A DNA stretch of 64,000 bases, taken from the NCBI GenBank assembly GCA_001931535.1, contig CP016211.1, positions 4,439,573 through 4,503,572 of the forward strand, written 5' to 3'. Each line of letters begins with the position of its first letter. The stretch's first letter is position 1. The notes beneath the pieces were generated by a model. That model was given only the letters and a program-made list of their open reading frames with translations, ran no database searches and was not told the DNA's origin. The stretch comes from Minicystis rosea (GTDB taxonomy: Bacteria > Myxococcota_A > Polyangia > Polyangiales > Polyangiaceae). Shown here in pieces: positions 49,395 to 58,965 of this stretch. Both the position numbers and the translations under genes were made by a program.

Positions 49395-50615
49395 TCAGGT
49401 GGTGAGGCGCAGGCGGACGGCGGCGGCGACGGCATCGGGCCAGTCGGCGTCGTCGAGGCCGTGGCGGGCGAGGAAGCCGAGGGTCAAGCGCTCGAGGCCG
49501 AAGGCGGTGCAGCCGGAGAGCGCGGGGCCCTCCGCGCGCTTGATGTCGAAGGCGCGGCCGAAGAAGTCTTCGTGCGCGTTGATGGACGCGACGGCCAGCG
49601 TCTCGCCGGCGCCGAGCGGGACACGCAGCTCGAATTTGCGATCGTGGGCGAGCTGGGCGTAGCGCTTCTCGGCGAAGACGTCGGCGAAGAAAGGATCGGA
49701 GGCCGTCTCGCAGGCGCCGCCGAGATCGAGATCGACGGCCAGCGCTTCGAGGGCGCGGGCGGCACGCTCGGCCGCGGAGCGCACGTAGGCGGCGTCGCCG
49801 GCATAGACGATCTCGCGCATCTGGAAGCACCAGAGTCGGGAGAGATCACGCATGTTGTGGCGTGCTTCGTAGCGGTAACAAGTGCCGCGCGCGGTGACGA
49901 TGGATCCCGCGGTGGCGTCGGCGCCGGCGAGCTCGTGGAAGCGGTGGTAACAGACGGCGGGCGGGAGACACTCGGCGGGCGCGTCGGGCCGGCATTCCTC
50001 GGGGAGGACGAAGCGCGGCGCGCGTGCGTTGGCGTCGCGGAAGCGCTCGATGACGGCGCTCCGCTGCGGGAGGTGGGTGACGAAGCTGACGCTCTGGGGA
50101 AACGAGGCGAGGTAGCCGGCGCGATGAAGCGCGTCGGCCGCGATGAGCGCGGGGAACGCGCGCTCGGGCGCTTGCATCGCGTCGTGCGCGAGGCGGCGGA
50201 GGCGGGCGTCGAGCGTCTCGAGGAGCGCGACGAAGCGCGCGCCGAAAGCATAGGCGCCCGCGCCTTGGCGGCGCGTCCAACCGGCCTCGACGAGGCGGGT
50301 CGTGAGCGCCTCGCCGCCGCGGGCGATCGGCGAGAGCGGGGCCTCGCGCGTGAAGATGCGTTTGATGGGCAAGGGCCGATATCCCTGGCGGAGACGCCCG
50401 AGCAGCGCGCCGAACTCGCGCTCGACGGCGGAGGCCACGCCGTCGCCGGCGCGCGGGTCGAGCACGATCTCGAAGAATGCCGACGTGGGGCGGCGAACCG
50501 CGGTGATGTCGGGGCTCAGGAAATAGGCGAGCTTGCCGGCGACGTCGGCGAGCTCGGCGCCGAGATCGCCGGCGCCGACGCGGAGCGTCCGCGGAGTGGT
50601 GTCGTCGTGGCTCAC
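49395..50615 (-). CDS. Amino acid--[carrier protein] ligase (truncated seryl-tRNA-synthetase-like class II aaRS homologue lacking the tRNA-binding arm)
   Basis: It has a class II catalytic core with a SerRS-like motif 2 (TARGTCYRYEARH) and motif 3 region (GAGETLAVASI...ERLTLGFLARHG). It is about 406 aa with no N-terminal coiled-coil arm. A carrier-protein gene lies directly upstream with an ATGA overlap. Confidence 0.7.
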   Translation of the reverse strand: MSHDDTTPRTLRVGAGDLGAELADVAGKLAYFLSPDITAVRRPTSAFFEIVLDPRAGDGVASAVEREFGALLGRLRQGYRPLPIKRIFTREAPLSPIARGGEALTTRLVEAGWTRRQGAGAYAFGARFVALLETLDARLRRLAHDAMQAPERAFPALIAADALHRAGYLASFPQSVSFVTHLPQRSAVIERFRDANARAPRFVLPEECRPDAPAECLPPAVCYHRFHELAGADATAGSIVTARGTCYRYEARHNMRDLSRLWCFQMREIVYAGDAAYVRSAAERAARALEALAVDLDLGGACETASDPFFADVFAEKRYAQLAHDRKFELRVPLGAGETLAVASINAHEDFFGRAFDIKRAEGPALSGCTAFGLERLTLGFLARHGLDDADWPDAVAAAVRLRLTT

Positions 50616-50851
50616 TGGGCAGCTCCGATGAGGTCGGTGAGCTCGTGAATCGTCCCCGATTGGATGAAGCGGCGATCGTCGAGCGAGACGGCGAACTCCG
50701 ACTCCAAGGCCACGAGCAAGTTGAGGACGTGGACCGACTCGATCCCGAGATCGCGATAGAGGTGCGCCCCGGGGGCGTATGGCGGGTCGACGCGCGCGAA
50801 GCGGGCGACGACCTGGCTGACGGCGTTGCTGAGACCCTGCGATGGCATCAT
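50612..50851 (-). CDS. Small carrier protein (ACP/PCP-like, phosphopantetheine attachment site)
   Basis: The internal ATGATG start gives a 79-aa protein with a LYRDLGIESVHVLNLLVALE (DLGxxS) 4'-Ppant Ser motif. Its stop overlaps the ligase start, and its start overlaps the GNAT gene stop. Confidence 0.65.
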   Translation of the reverse strand: MMPSQGLSNAVSQVVARFARVDPPYAPGAHLYRDLGIESVHVLNLLVALESEFAVSLDDRRFIQSGTIHELTDLIGAAQ

Positions 50852-51447
50852 GGATGCGCCTCCTCCGTGTCGTAGTCGAAGCAAGGAGTCACGGTGTCGT
50901 CGGCGAAGAGCGCTTTGAGCGCCACGCCGCCTGGACGCACCGAAATCTTCCACAGCGGAATGAGCGACACTCCGATTCGCGAGAGCGTGCGCCGCCCGCC
51001 TTCCAACTGATGATCGACGAAGTAGCTGACCTCCCAGCCGGCGCCCAGGCGGCGGAGGATGCGCAGCTCTTCGGCGAAGACGGCGCGACGAATGCCGCGG
51101 CCACGGAGCTCCGGATCGGTCCAGGCGTCGTATCCATAGCCGATCCCTAAGGCCAGACGGAAAGGTCGATCCGGCAAATGGTGGAGCGTGAAGACGCCGC
51201 CGCGGCGGAGCCAAGTACAGGACACGATGCGATCACCGATCTCGCCGACGACGAAGATCTCCCCGGCGAGGAGCCGTTCGCGGAGGCGATCACGGCGGCC
51301 GGGGGGATCGATCTCGGCGGGCAGGCGCGCGAGATCGGCCTCGTCGCCGGTGCGCACGCGCACGCCTTCGGCGTCGGGGCTGGGGGCGAGATCCGGAATC
51401 CGCGTGGAGCACTTGCACACGTATGCCACGCGCGAAAACGCCATCAT
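50848..51447 (-). CDS. GNAT-fold acyltransferase (candidate aminoacyl-transferase) coupled to carrier protein and aa:CP ligase
   Basis: It has GNAT motif A (LRGRGIRRAVFAEELRILRRLGAGW). It is the first gene of a three-gene minus-strand cassette with consecutive 4-nt overlaps. Confidence 0.55.
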   Translation of the reverse strand: MMAFSRVAYVCKCSTRIPDLAPSPDAEGVRVRTGDEADLARLPAEIDPPGRRDRLRERLLAGEIFVVGEIGDRIVSCTWLRRGGVFTLHHLPDRPFRLALGIGYGYDAWTDPELRGRGIRRAVFAEELRILRRLGAGWEVSYFVDHQLEGGRRTLSRIGVSLIPLWKISVRPGGVALKALFADDTVTPCFDYDTEEAHP

Positions 51448-51750
51448 GGGTCATCCTCCTCCCGAGGATTCGCGTCGAGCGACGCCTGGATTGTTCATCC
51501 AATTGGAGAAAGCGCCAGCTCCGGGTGAGCCCGGCAAGTATCGAATCGTAAGGCGATGCCCGGAACACCGCCTCGCAACTCGATTGCTGCGCGGACACGC
51601 ATGGATACGAGGGCTCGCCGACTTGCGCATCCGCTGGTATGGTCGGCCCATCGCGGGCGACGGGGGTCGGCGCGAAGACGAGCGCGGCGCGGCGCAATCG
51701 GTCCCTGACGAAGGGGACCGGCTCTGCCCCATGCGGATCAGGAGGCCTCG

Positions 51751-52503
51751 ATGGATGGTTCCGAACCGGGACGAGCGCTGGATCGGCGGCGGACGCTGGT
51801 CGTGCAGATGATGCAGAGTCAGGCGTACCGAGAGCTCGCGGCCGCGCAGATGTTCGGTCACGGGCTCCGGCTCGTGCCCCGGCTGGAATGGCTCAAGTTC
51901 ATGACTTGGCACATCCGCGAGGAGATGGATCATTACGAGCTGGTGGCGCGGGCATACCGCGATCTCACCGGCGAGAGCGTGGAGCCGTTCGTCAACGCGC
52001 GGCTCGCGGACAAGCCCGTTCCTTTCGCCGAGAGCTGGTACGAGCTCGCCATGGCCCAGTTCCTCTACGACCGCGGCGGTTATTGGCAGCTCCGCGAATA
52101 CGAGGGTTGCTCCTTCGATCCTTATCGCACGATGGTCGGACGCATCGTCCGCGAGGAGCGCGGGCACCAGGCGTTCGGCGAGCGGATCGTGGTGGAACTC
52201 ACCCGCTCCGGCGAGCACGAGGCGGAGAAACAAGCGCTCTTCGAGCGCTGGCTCCGGCAAGGCCTGCTCTCCTTCGGCCGGCCCGGCAGCGAGGCTTCGC
52301 GCGAGGCCGTGGCGCTCGGGCTCAAGAAGCGTGATCCCGGGCTCGTGATGCAGGACTTCCTCGACGACATCAAGCCGGCGGTGAAGGCCTGCGGGCTCGC
52401 GTTCCCGCCGCTCGATCGGATCGGGATCAGCGAGCCTCCCGGCGGCCTCGATCTCGCGCTCGACGGCGTGGACGAGACGCGCGCCCAGGGCTACCGGGGC
52501 TGA
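51751..52503 (+). CDS. Ferritin-like di-iron carboxylate protein (PaaA/PaaC / phenylacetyl-CoA-epoxidase-subunit-like)
   Basis: There are two E-x-x-H di-iron ligand motifs (REEMDHYE and REERGHQA), with upstream Glu residues on predicted helices. It is divergent from the GNAT/CP/ligase cassette. Confidence 0.6.
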   Translation: MDGSEPGRALDRRRTLVVQMMQSQAYRELAAAQMFGHGLRLVPRLEWLKFMTWHIREEMDHYELVARAYRDLTGESVEPFVNARLADKPVPFAESWYELAMAQFLYDRGGYWQLREYEGCSFDPYRTMVGRIVREERGHQAFGERIVVELTRSGEHEAEKQALFERWLRQGLLSFGRPGSEASREAVALGLKKRDPGLVMQDFLDDIKPAVKACGLAFPPLDRIGISEPPGGLDLALDGVDETRAQGYRG

Positions 52504-52641
52504 CGATGTCACCGAGAAGGCTGCCGCGCGCCGCTTTCTCCGTCCATCGCACGCGCGAGGCCGCCTCGTCCGGGGCGTTCGCTCGAAGGGCGCGGGAGGG
52601 GCGCGAACGGCGCGCCGTCCGTGCTAAGAGACCGGCTATCC

Positions 52642-54660
52642 ATGGGCAGCCGGTTCTACGTCACCACCCCGATCTACTACATCAACGACGTCCCTCACCT
52701 GGGGAGCGCGTACACCACGATCGCCGCCGACGTGCTCGCGCGCTACCACCGGCTGCGCGGTGACGAGACCCGCTTCCTCACGGGGACGGACGAGCACGGC
52801 CTCAAGATCCAACGCGCGGCGGCCGAGCGCGGCGTGCCGCCGCAGGCCTTCGCCGACGACATCTCCAGCAAGTTCCGCGAGACGTGGCCGAAGCTCGACT
52901 GCGCCTTCGACGACTTCATCCGCACCACCGAGCCGCGCCACAAGGGCGCCGTCCAGGACCTGTGGCGGACCATCCGCGACACGAAGAACAAGCCCGAGCC
53001 CAACATCTACCTTGGGCACTACGAGGGGCTCTACTGCGTCTCGTGCGAGGCCTACTACACCGAGAAGGACCTCGAGCAGCCGGGCAACATCTGCCCGCAG
53101 CACAAGAAGCCGGTCGAGATGCTCAAGGAGGAGAGCTATTTCTTCCGCCTCTCCGCCTACGCCGACGAGCTCCTCGCTTACTACGAGAGCCACCCGGATT
53201 TCGTGCAGCCGCCCGGCCGCTTCAACGAGGTGAAGAGCTTCGTGCAGGCGGGTTTGCAGGATCTCTCGATCTCCCGCACCACGTTCCAGTGGGGGATCCC
53301 CGTGCCCGACGATCCGCGGCACGTGATGTTCGTGTGGTTCGACGCGCTCACCAATTATCGGAGCGCGCTGCTCAAGCCGGAGAACAGAGAGCACCTCTGG
53401 CCGAGCGCCGTGCACCTCGTGGGCAAGGACATCCTCCGCTTCCACGCGGTGTATTGGCCGGCGTTCCTCCTGGCTGCGGGGCTGCCGCTGCCGAAGCACG
53501 TCTTCGCGCACGGGTTCCTCACGTACAACGGGCTCAAGATGTCGAAGACGCTGCGCAACACGGTGAGCCCCGTGGCGCTCGCGCAGGCGCTCTCGCCGAA
53601 GTTCGGCACCGACGTGGTCCGTTATTGCCTGATGCGCGCCATCTCCTTCGGGCAGGATGGTGACTTCAGCATTCATGACGTGCTCCAGCGGTATTCGTCG
53701 GAGCTCGCCAACACGCTGGGGAACCTGCTCAATCGCGTGCTGCCCTTCGCGCGCGAGGGGCTCCCGCGCGGCGAAGCGGGCGAGCTGGAGAAGGGTTTGA
53801 TGGATGCCTATCCGGTCGCCGCAAAGGCCGTGTCGGAGGCCTTCGACGAGCTCGACCCGACGCGGGCGCTCAACGCGCTCTGGGGTCTGCTCGGGAAGGC
53901 CAACGAGTACATCGACAAGGCGGCGCCGTGGGCGGCGAAGAAGAAGGGCGACACGGTGCGGCTCGGCGCCATCGTGGCTACGCTCCTCGACGTGCTCGAG
54001 GCCGTGAGCGTCCTCGTCGCGCCGGTGCTGCCGACGGTGGCCAACGAGATGCGGCGTCAGCTCGGTCTCGTGCCCCTCGATTGGGAGGCGCTCGCGAAGG
54101 AGCCGAAGGCGTTCTGGCCGCTCGCGTTGCCCACGCGTCCCGACGGGATCGCAGTGGTCGCTGCCTCGGAGAGCGCGCCCATCTTCCCGAAGTTCGAGAA
54201 GGAGCGCGAGGCGGAGATCATCAAGGAGTTCACGCCTTCGGTGCCCGCGCCGGAGCCGGCCGCGGAGCCGCAGAAGCCGGCGGCCGAAGCGAAGAAGGCC
54301 GAGGCCGCGCCCGCGCCGCGCGAGGCGAAGGGGACGATCACCTTCGACGATTTCGGGAAGCTCGACATCCGCATCGGGCTCATCACGTCGGCCGAGCGCG
54401 TGAAGAAGAAGGACAAGCTCCTCGATCTGCGCGTCGACACCGGCGACGCGGCCCCGCGGCGCATCGTGGCCGGCATCGCCAGCGCGTACGCGCCGGAGGC
54501 GCTCGTCGGCAAGCGCGTGGCCGTGCTCTGCAATCTGGCGCCCCGCGATTTCGGCAAGGGGCTCGTGTCGGAGGGGATGATCCTCGCCGCGGAGGATGGG
54601 AACGGCCTCGCGGTGCTCACTCCGGACCGCGAAAAAGTGCCCGGCTCGCCGGTGCAATGA
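52642..54660 (+). CDS. metG: Methionine--tRNA ligase with C-terminal tRNA-binding (EMAP/Trbp111-like) domain
   Basis: It has a HIGH-type motif (PHLGSAYT), a KMSKS motif (KMSKT), Zn-knuckle cysteines (CVSCEAYY...CPQH) and a C-terminal ...DIRIGLITSAERVKKKDKLLDLRVDTGD tRNA-binding domain. Confidence 0.9.
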   Translation: MGSRFYVTTPIYYINDVPHLGSAYTTIAADVLARYHRLRGDETRFLTGTDEHGLKIQRAAAERGVPPQAFADDISSKFRETWPKLDCAFDDFIRTTEPRHKGAVQDLWRTIRDTKNKPEPNIYLGHYEGLYCVSCEAYYTEKDLEQPGNICPQHKKPVEMLKEESYFFRLSAYADELLAYYESHPDFVQPPGRFNEVKSFVQAGLQDLSISRTTFQWGIPVPDDPRHVMFVWFDALTNYRSALLKPENREHLWPSAVHLVGKDILRFHAVYWPAFLLAAGLPLPKHVFAHGFLTYNGLKMSKTLRNTVSPVALAQALSPKFGTDVVRYCLMRAISFGQDGDFSIHDVLQRYSSELANTLGNLLNRVLPFAREGLPRGEAGELEKGLMDAYPVAAKAVSEAFDELDPTRALNALWGLLGKANEYIDKAAPWAAKKKGDTVRLGAIVATLLDVLEAVSVLVAPVLPTVANEMRRQLGLVPLDWEALAKEPKAFWPLALPTRPDGIAVVAASESAPIFPKFEKEREAEIIKEFTPSVPAPEPAAEPQKPAAEAKKAEAAPAPREAKGTITFDDFGKLDIRIGLITSAERVKKKDKLLDLRVDTGDAAPRRIVAGIASAYAPEALVGKRVAVLCNLAPRDFGKGLVSEGMILAAEDGNGLAVLTPDREKVPGSPVQ

Positions 54661-54669
54661 GAGGCTAGC

Positions 54670-55839
54670 GTGGTGCGATCGATCTCGGCTCTGGCGCTCG
54701 CAGGCGCCGTCGCGATGGCGGCGTGCACGGTCACGACGATGCCGCCCGGCACGGGCGGCACCGGCGGCACCGGCACGACCGGCGGCGGCGGCGCCGGCAC
54801 GGGCGGCGAAGCGAGCACCGGCGGCGCCACGAGCACCAGCTCGGGTGGAGGCGGCCCGTTCGTGGGCGCGTGCAACGCGGGTGGCCCGCTCACGTGCAAC
54901 CCTTATGGGGTCGATCTCGAAGCACCGGCGCTGACGGGAGAGGCCTATTGGTCCTTCCTCAAAAACACGCTCGTCGTGCCTTATTACAAGCCTGCGCCCA
55001 TTTATCTGGGCGCGGACGCCGCGTGCCCGCGTTGCACCGAGGCCATCCAGCATGGTTTGCGGCTGGTGCTCCGGGTGCACGCCGGCGATGGGCCGGGAAA
55101 GCCGGCGAGCCTGCCTCAAGACATGTCGATGTATCGCGCCAGGCTCGGTGAGCTGCTCGACAGCTATGCGGCCGCCGTCGGCGCGGTGGTGATCGAGGAC
55201 GGCGCGGAGACCCCGGAGACGTGGGCCGGATCGATCGAGGATTACCAAGCGCTGCTCCACGAAGCGTGCGACGTGGCCCACGAGAAGGCCGTGAATTGCA
55301 CCGATGGAGGCATCACCTCGACGACGATGATGCTCCTCATCGCCGATTACGAGATCGGGAATGCCAACGCGGGGAGCGCCATCAAGATGCTCACCTTGGC
55401 GGGTGACAATCCCGAGCTCGTGGCCGCCTTCCCCACCTGGCCGCCGGCCACGGAGGAGGACGTGAAGGCGGCGCTCGCCGGGCAGAAAGCGCGGCTCGAC
55501 GCGGCCAAGACGCTGCTCGCCGGCGCGCGCGCGGTGGGCCTCGATTACCCGAGCTTCCGCTGGTACGAGCGCGATCAAGACACGCTCGATCATGCCATGG
55601 CGCTCACGCGCCTCCTTTCGGGCTGCAACGCCATCGCGACCACGGACCTCGGCCAGCGCACCCAAGACATGTTCGAGGCCATGCACAAAGCCGACGACGC
55701 CAAAGAGCTCGGGATGTCGCTCGTGATCTGGACGTCGCACGCGGGCGTCGACGCGCCGCTCGTCGATGACGAAGGGAACGTGACGCCCAACGGGAAGGCG
55801 CTGCAAACGCTGTCGACGACGACGTTCTGCGGGGATTGA
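54670..55839 (+). CDS. Lipoprotein with Gly/Thr-rich linker, function unknown
   Basis: It has a GTG start with a GAGAGG RBS, a signal plus lipobox (ALALAGAVAMAAC) and a GTGGTGGTGTTGGGG linker. The roughly 300-aa domain has no recognised motifs. Confidence 0.5.
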   Translation: MVRSISALALAGAVAMAACTVTTMPPGTGGTGGTGTTGGGGAGTGGEASTGGATSTSSGGGGPFVGACNAGGPLTCNPYGVDLEAPALTGEAYWSFLKNTLVVPYYKPAPIYLGADAACPRCTEAIQHGLRLVLRVHAGDGPGKPASLPQDMSMYRARLGELLDSYAAAVGAVVIEDGAETPETWAGSIEDYQALLHEACDVAHEKAVNCTDGGITSTTMMLLIADYEIGNANAGSAIKMLTLAGDNPELVAAFPTWPPATEEDVKAALAGQKARLDAAKTLLAGARAVGLDYPSFRWYERDQDTLDHAMALTRLLSGCNAIATTDLGQRTQDMFEAMHKADDAKELGMSLVIWTSHAGVDAPLVDDEGNVTPNGKALQTLSTTTFCGD

Positions 55840-56025
55840 GGACGAGCCGGAGCGACGCTCACGGCCAGCGCGAAGCGCCGCTCACCTGCCCTTCGGGCCG
55901 GGCAGGCACGGTGCGATGAAACGACAACGTTGGACCGAATGCACCCGGAGAGCTGTTTTCCGCAGCTCGCGAGCACGCTGAAAACGCGGCGACGTGGAGG
56001 TCTGCTGGGATAGGCTCGGTCCCGC

Positions 56026-58755
56026 ATGAGGACGCTCACCGCACGTACGCTCGTTCACGCCACGATCCCGCCCGTGCATGCCTCGCCGAGCGACCCACGC
56101 CTCCTCATCTGGCATCCGGGAGACAAAGCGCTTTGGCTCTTCGTCCCCAGCGCGCAGCAGCTTTGGCGCATCGCGGCCGACGGCACCGGCAACCTCCTCG
56201 CATCGGGAGACGCGCTCGGCATGCCCGCGAGCTTTCCGAGCGCGTATCTCCACGGACAAGCCTTCTATTACGACACCGCGCGGGAGACGGTGGTGTGGCT
56301 CTTCTCGACGTATGCGGAGGGCTTCGATCTCGGGCTCGCGCTCCATGCCTGGAATGGGAGCGCGTTCGTGCCCATCGCGCAGGAGAATGGCATTCAGGTG
56401 GTGTCGAGTGACAGCTTCGTCTTCGATCCGGAGCGCGGCGTCCTGGTCCATTTCGCGGGGCAGCGCGACATGTGGTCCGAGCGCGAAGCGGAGCGCAGGA
56501 AGCGTGGTGGGTTGACGGTGCGCGAGCTCGGCAAGGACGGCGTGTGGCGCGACGCCGGCACACCGCTCGCGAACGCGGGCACGTACGAGACCCATGCGGG
56601 CTGGGACGGGCGCCGCGAGCTCACGGTGCTCATCGACAACGAGACGCGCGAGACGCACGGATGGGACGGCAACACGTGGCATGCGCTCGGCAAGCTCCCC
56701 GCGGATCCGTGGAAGCCCAATACGATGGCGCAGGCGCCGCGCACGAAGAACCTCGTGTTTCTACATCACGAGCGAGGCAATCCCCGGAACACGGCGCTCC
56801 TCTGGGAGCTCACGGAGAATGGTTGGTCGAAGCGTGAGGCCGGAGCGCTGGAGTCGTACGGCGGCGCGGCCTACGATCCCGATCGCGACATGACCTTCGT
56901 GTTCGGGCCTTGGCTCGGCCCGGGGACCGTGCCGCACACGCTCGCGCGCTACGATGGAGAGAAGCTCGTGCTCGCCGGCAAGCCGGCGCTCGACTTCAGC
57001 GGCGGCAGCATGGTCGGCCCGGCGGTGTTCTGGGGCGCGCTCAAGCCCGTGCACGGGAGCTTCTCGCACGAGGCACGGAAACCGTATTCGGCAACGGTCG
57101 TCTTCGCGTGGCTCGACGGTGCGCTCACCGAACTGGCCTCTTCGCCGCCCGCGCTCGCGCTCGCGGCCAGCGCGAGCGGATGCGTGTCCGTCGGGTTCTC
57201 CGGCGAAGTCTCGCGCCTCGCGGGCGGGAAGTTCGGGAGCGTCGCCGATGCGCCGAACGGCTTCGTCGAGCGCACCAGCACGAACATGGGTATCGACGAG
57301 AGCGGTCGCCTCTTCCTCGTGGGCGGCGAGCCGGTTCATGGCACCAAGCTGCTCACCGATGCTTGGTCGTTCGATGGCCGAGCGTGGTCCGAGATCCCCG
57401 CCAAAGGCAACACGCCGGCCACGACCGGCGCGTGGATCGCCTTCGATGCCGCGCGCGGCGCCTGGATTTACGTGGGCGGTCACCTCAAGAGCTACGCTCC
57501 GAATCCGAAGACGTACGAGCACGACGGCAAGAAGTGGTCGAGCTTCGCTTCGGACTTCGGAGATGGGTTGAAGTCGCTCGTGAGCATCACGCTCCTCGCC
57601 TACGACGCACCGTCGGCCACCACGTTCCTCATCGGGTCGCCCGATTACATGAGCCATGTGCTTTACGTGTATCGCGGCGCCGGTGCATGGGAGGCAATCG
57701 CGAGCGTGGAATGCCCGTCTGACATCTCGGGGATCGCGTACGACTCGATCCGCCGCGTCCTCGTCTGGGGTGGCGCGGTGAGCCTCGCCGAAATGGACGT
57801 CGCCCCGCTGCTCGGGTCCGGCCCAAGGCCTTTGGCCGATATGCCTCCTCCTCCGGAGAAGACGGCCAAAGGCACCAAGGCGGCGCCCGCCGAAGAGGCC
57901 TTGGCCCCCGCCGTGTGGCTCCGTATCCGCGAGGGCGACAGCGACAAGTTTTGGTTCGCGGCGCTCGACGGCGCCTCGTGGACGGCGCGTTGGGGCCGCC
58001 GCGGCGGCAAGGCGAATGAGAAATCCCATGCGCTCGCGAGTGAGAAAGAAGCCCGCGCCGCCTATGAAAAGGCCGTAAACGAGAAGATCCGCAAAGGCTA
58101 CGAGCATGCGGCCGAGAAGGAGGACGCCGCGCGGATCCCGGGCAAGACGTCCTTCCACATGGTGCTCGGCAAGAAGGGTGAGGACACGTTCGGCGGCATT
58201 CCGGCCGGCGTGACGAAGAAGACGTGGCCCGTCTGCGCCGACTGCAAGCACCCCATGGCTCATGTCTTCCTGCTCCACGCGCATGCGGAGCGCCTGCCCC
58301 TCGAAAAGCATGCGGGCATCGCGCTCTTCGCGTGCAACGGCGCTTTCTCGGGTGGCTCGTGCATGTCGTTCGAGCCTGATGGAGGCTGCAATGCGGCGCT
58401 GCTCCTCACAGCCGATGATCTCGAGAAGAAGCCCCTGCGCGCGGCGCCCACGGGCCCCGGAGGTGAAGAGGCACCCGCGATCATGAGCGCGCAGAAGATC
58501 GCGTACACGGCCCAATTCGAGCCGGATCCGAGCGCGGACGAGAACGCGGAAGATCTCGAGGCCACGTCCAAGGTCGCTGGATATCCGGTGTGGATTCAGG
58601 GCGTTCAGACGCCGCTCTGCGCCGAGTGCCACGAGCCGATGCGCTTCGTCGCGCAGATTCAAGAGGACGACGAGGCGCTCAACTTCGGCGGCGGCGATGG
58701 ATATCTGTTCTGCTGCCCCGACGAGCACGGCGCCAAGTTCCTATGGCAGCAGTGA
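56026..58755 (+). CDS. Multidomain protein: N-terminal W/G-rich beta-propeller-like region, central WGR domain, C-terminal DUF1963 (YwqG-like) domain
   Basis: The WGR domain is VWLRIREGDSDKFWFAALDGASWTARWGRRGGKANEKSHALASEKEARAAYEKAVNEKIRKGY. The C-terminal Cys-rich region is YPVWIQGVQTPLCAECHEPMRFVAQI...GDGYLFCCPDEHG. Confidence 0.65.
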   Translation: MRTLTARTLVHATIPPVHASPSDPRLLIWHPGDKALWLFVPSAQQLWRIAADGTGNLLASGDALGMPASFPSAYLHGQAFYYDTARETVVWLFSTYAEGFDLGLALHAWNGSAFVPIAQENGIQVVSSDSFVFDPERGVLVHFAGQRDMWSEREAERRKRGGLTVRELGKDGVWRDAGTPLANAGTYETHAGWDGRRELTVLIDNETRETHGWDGNTWHALGKLPADPWKPNTMAQAPRTKNLVFLHHERGNPRNTALLWELTENGWSKREAGALESYGGAAYDPDRDMTFVFGPWLGPGTVPHTLARYDGEKLVLAGKPALDFSGGSMVGPAVFWGALKPVHGSFSHEARKPYSATVVFAWLDGALTELASSPPALALAASASGCVSVGFSGEVSRLAGGKFGSVADAPNGFVERTSTNMGIDESGRLFLVGGEPVHGTKLLTDAWSFDGRAWSEIPAKGNTPATTGAWIAFDAARGAWIYVGGHLKSYAPNPKTYEHDGKKWSSFASDFGDGLKSLVSITLLAYDAPSATTFLIGSPDYMSHVLYVYRGAGAWEAIASVECPSDISGIAYDSIRRVLVWGGAVSLAEMDVAPLLGSGPRPLADMPPPPEKTAKGTKAAPAEEALAPAVWLRIREGDSDKFWFAALDGASWTARWGRRGGKANEKSHALASEKEARAAYEKAVNEKIRKGYEHAAEKEDAARIPGKTSFHMVLGKKGEDTFGGIPAGVTKKTWPVCADCKHPMAHVFLLHAHAERLPLEKHAGIALFACNGAFSGGSCMSFEPDGGCNAALLLTADDLEKKPLRAAPTGPGGEEAPAIMSAQKIAYTAQFEPDPSADENAEDLEATSKVAGYPVWIQGVQTPLCAECHEPMRFVAQIQEDDEALNFGGGDGYLFCCPDEHGAKFLWQQ

Positions 58756-58965
58756 CGGGGCCGACAAGAAGACACACCCCCTTTCGTGCCCATGATGTCA
58801 GTCGTCTCACCGGGTTGAGCCACGCCTCCCTCGACGTCGTTAACAATCGCTAACAATCGGCCCACATCCGCAAAACATCCACGGGCCACGGTGGCTCTCG
58901 CGTCGTTGCGTAGGGCGGCGCGAGGTGGCCGGCGCGCGCCGGCGCGACGGGAGGCAGGTCACGAC

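Noticed and set aside
49044-50648. 534-aa plus-strand ORF antisense to the aa:CP ligase gene
   Set aside because: It is low-complexity (GG/AE/RG-rich), and the minus-strand frame carries the class II aaRS motifs.
52636-55806. 1056-aa minus-strand ORF antisense to metG and the downstream lipoprotein gene
   Set aside because: It has an Arg/Gly/Ala-dominated low-complexity translation, and the opposite strand encodes an unmistakable MetRS.
56761-58728. 655-aa minus-strand ORF antisense to the WGR/DUF1963 gene
   Set aside because: It has Arg/Ala/Glu low complexity, and the WGR and DUF1963 signatures are on the plus strand.
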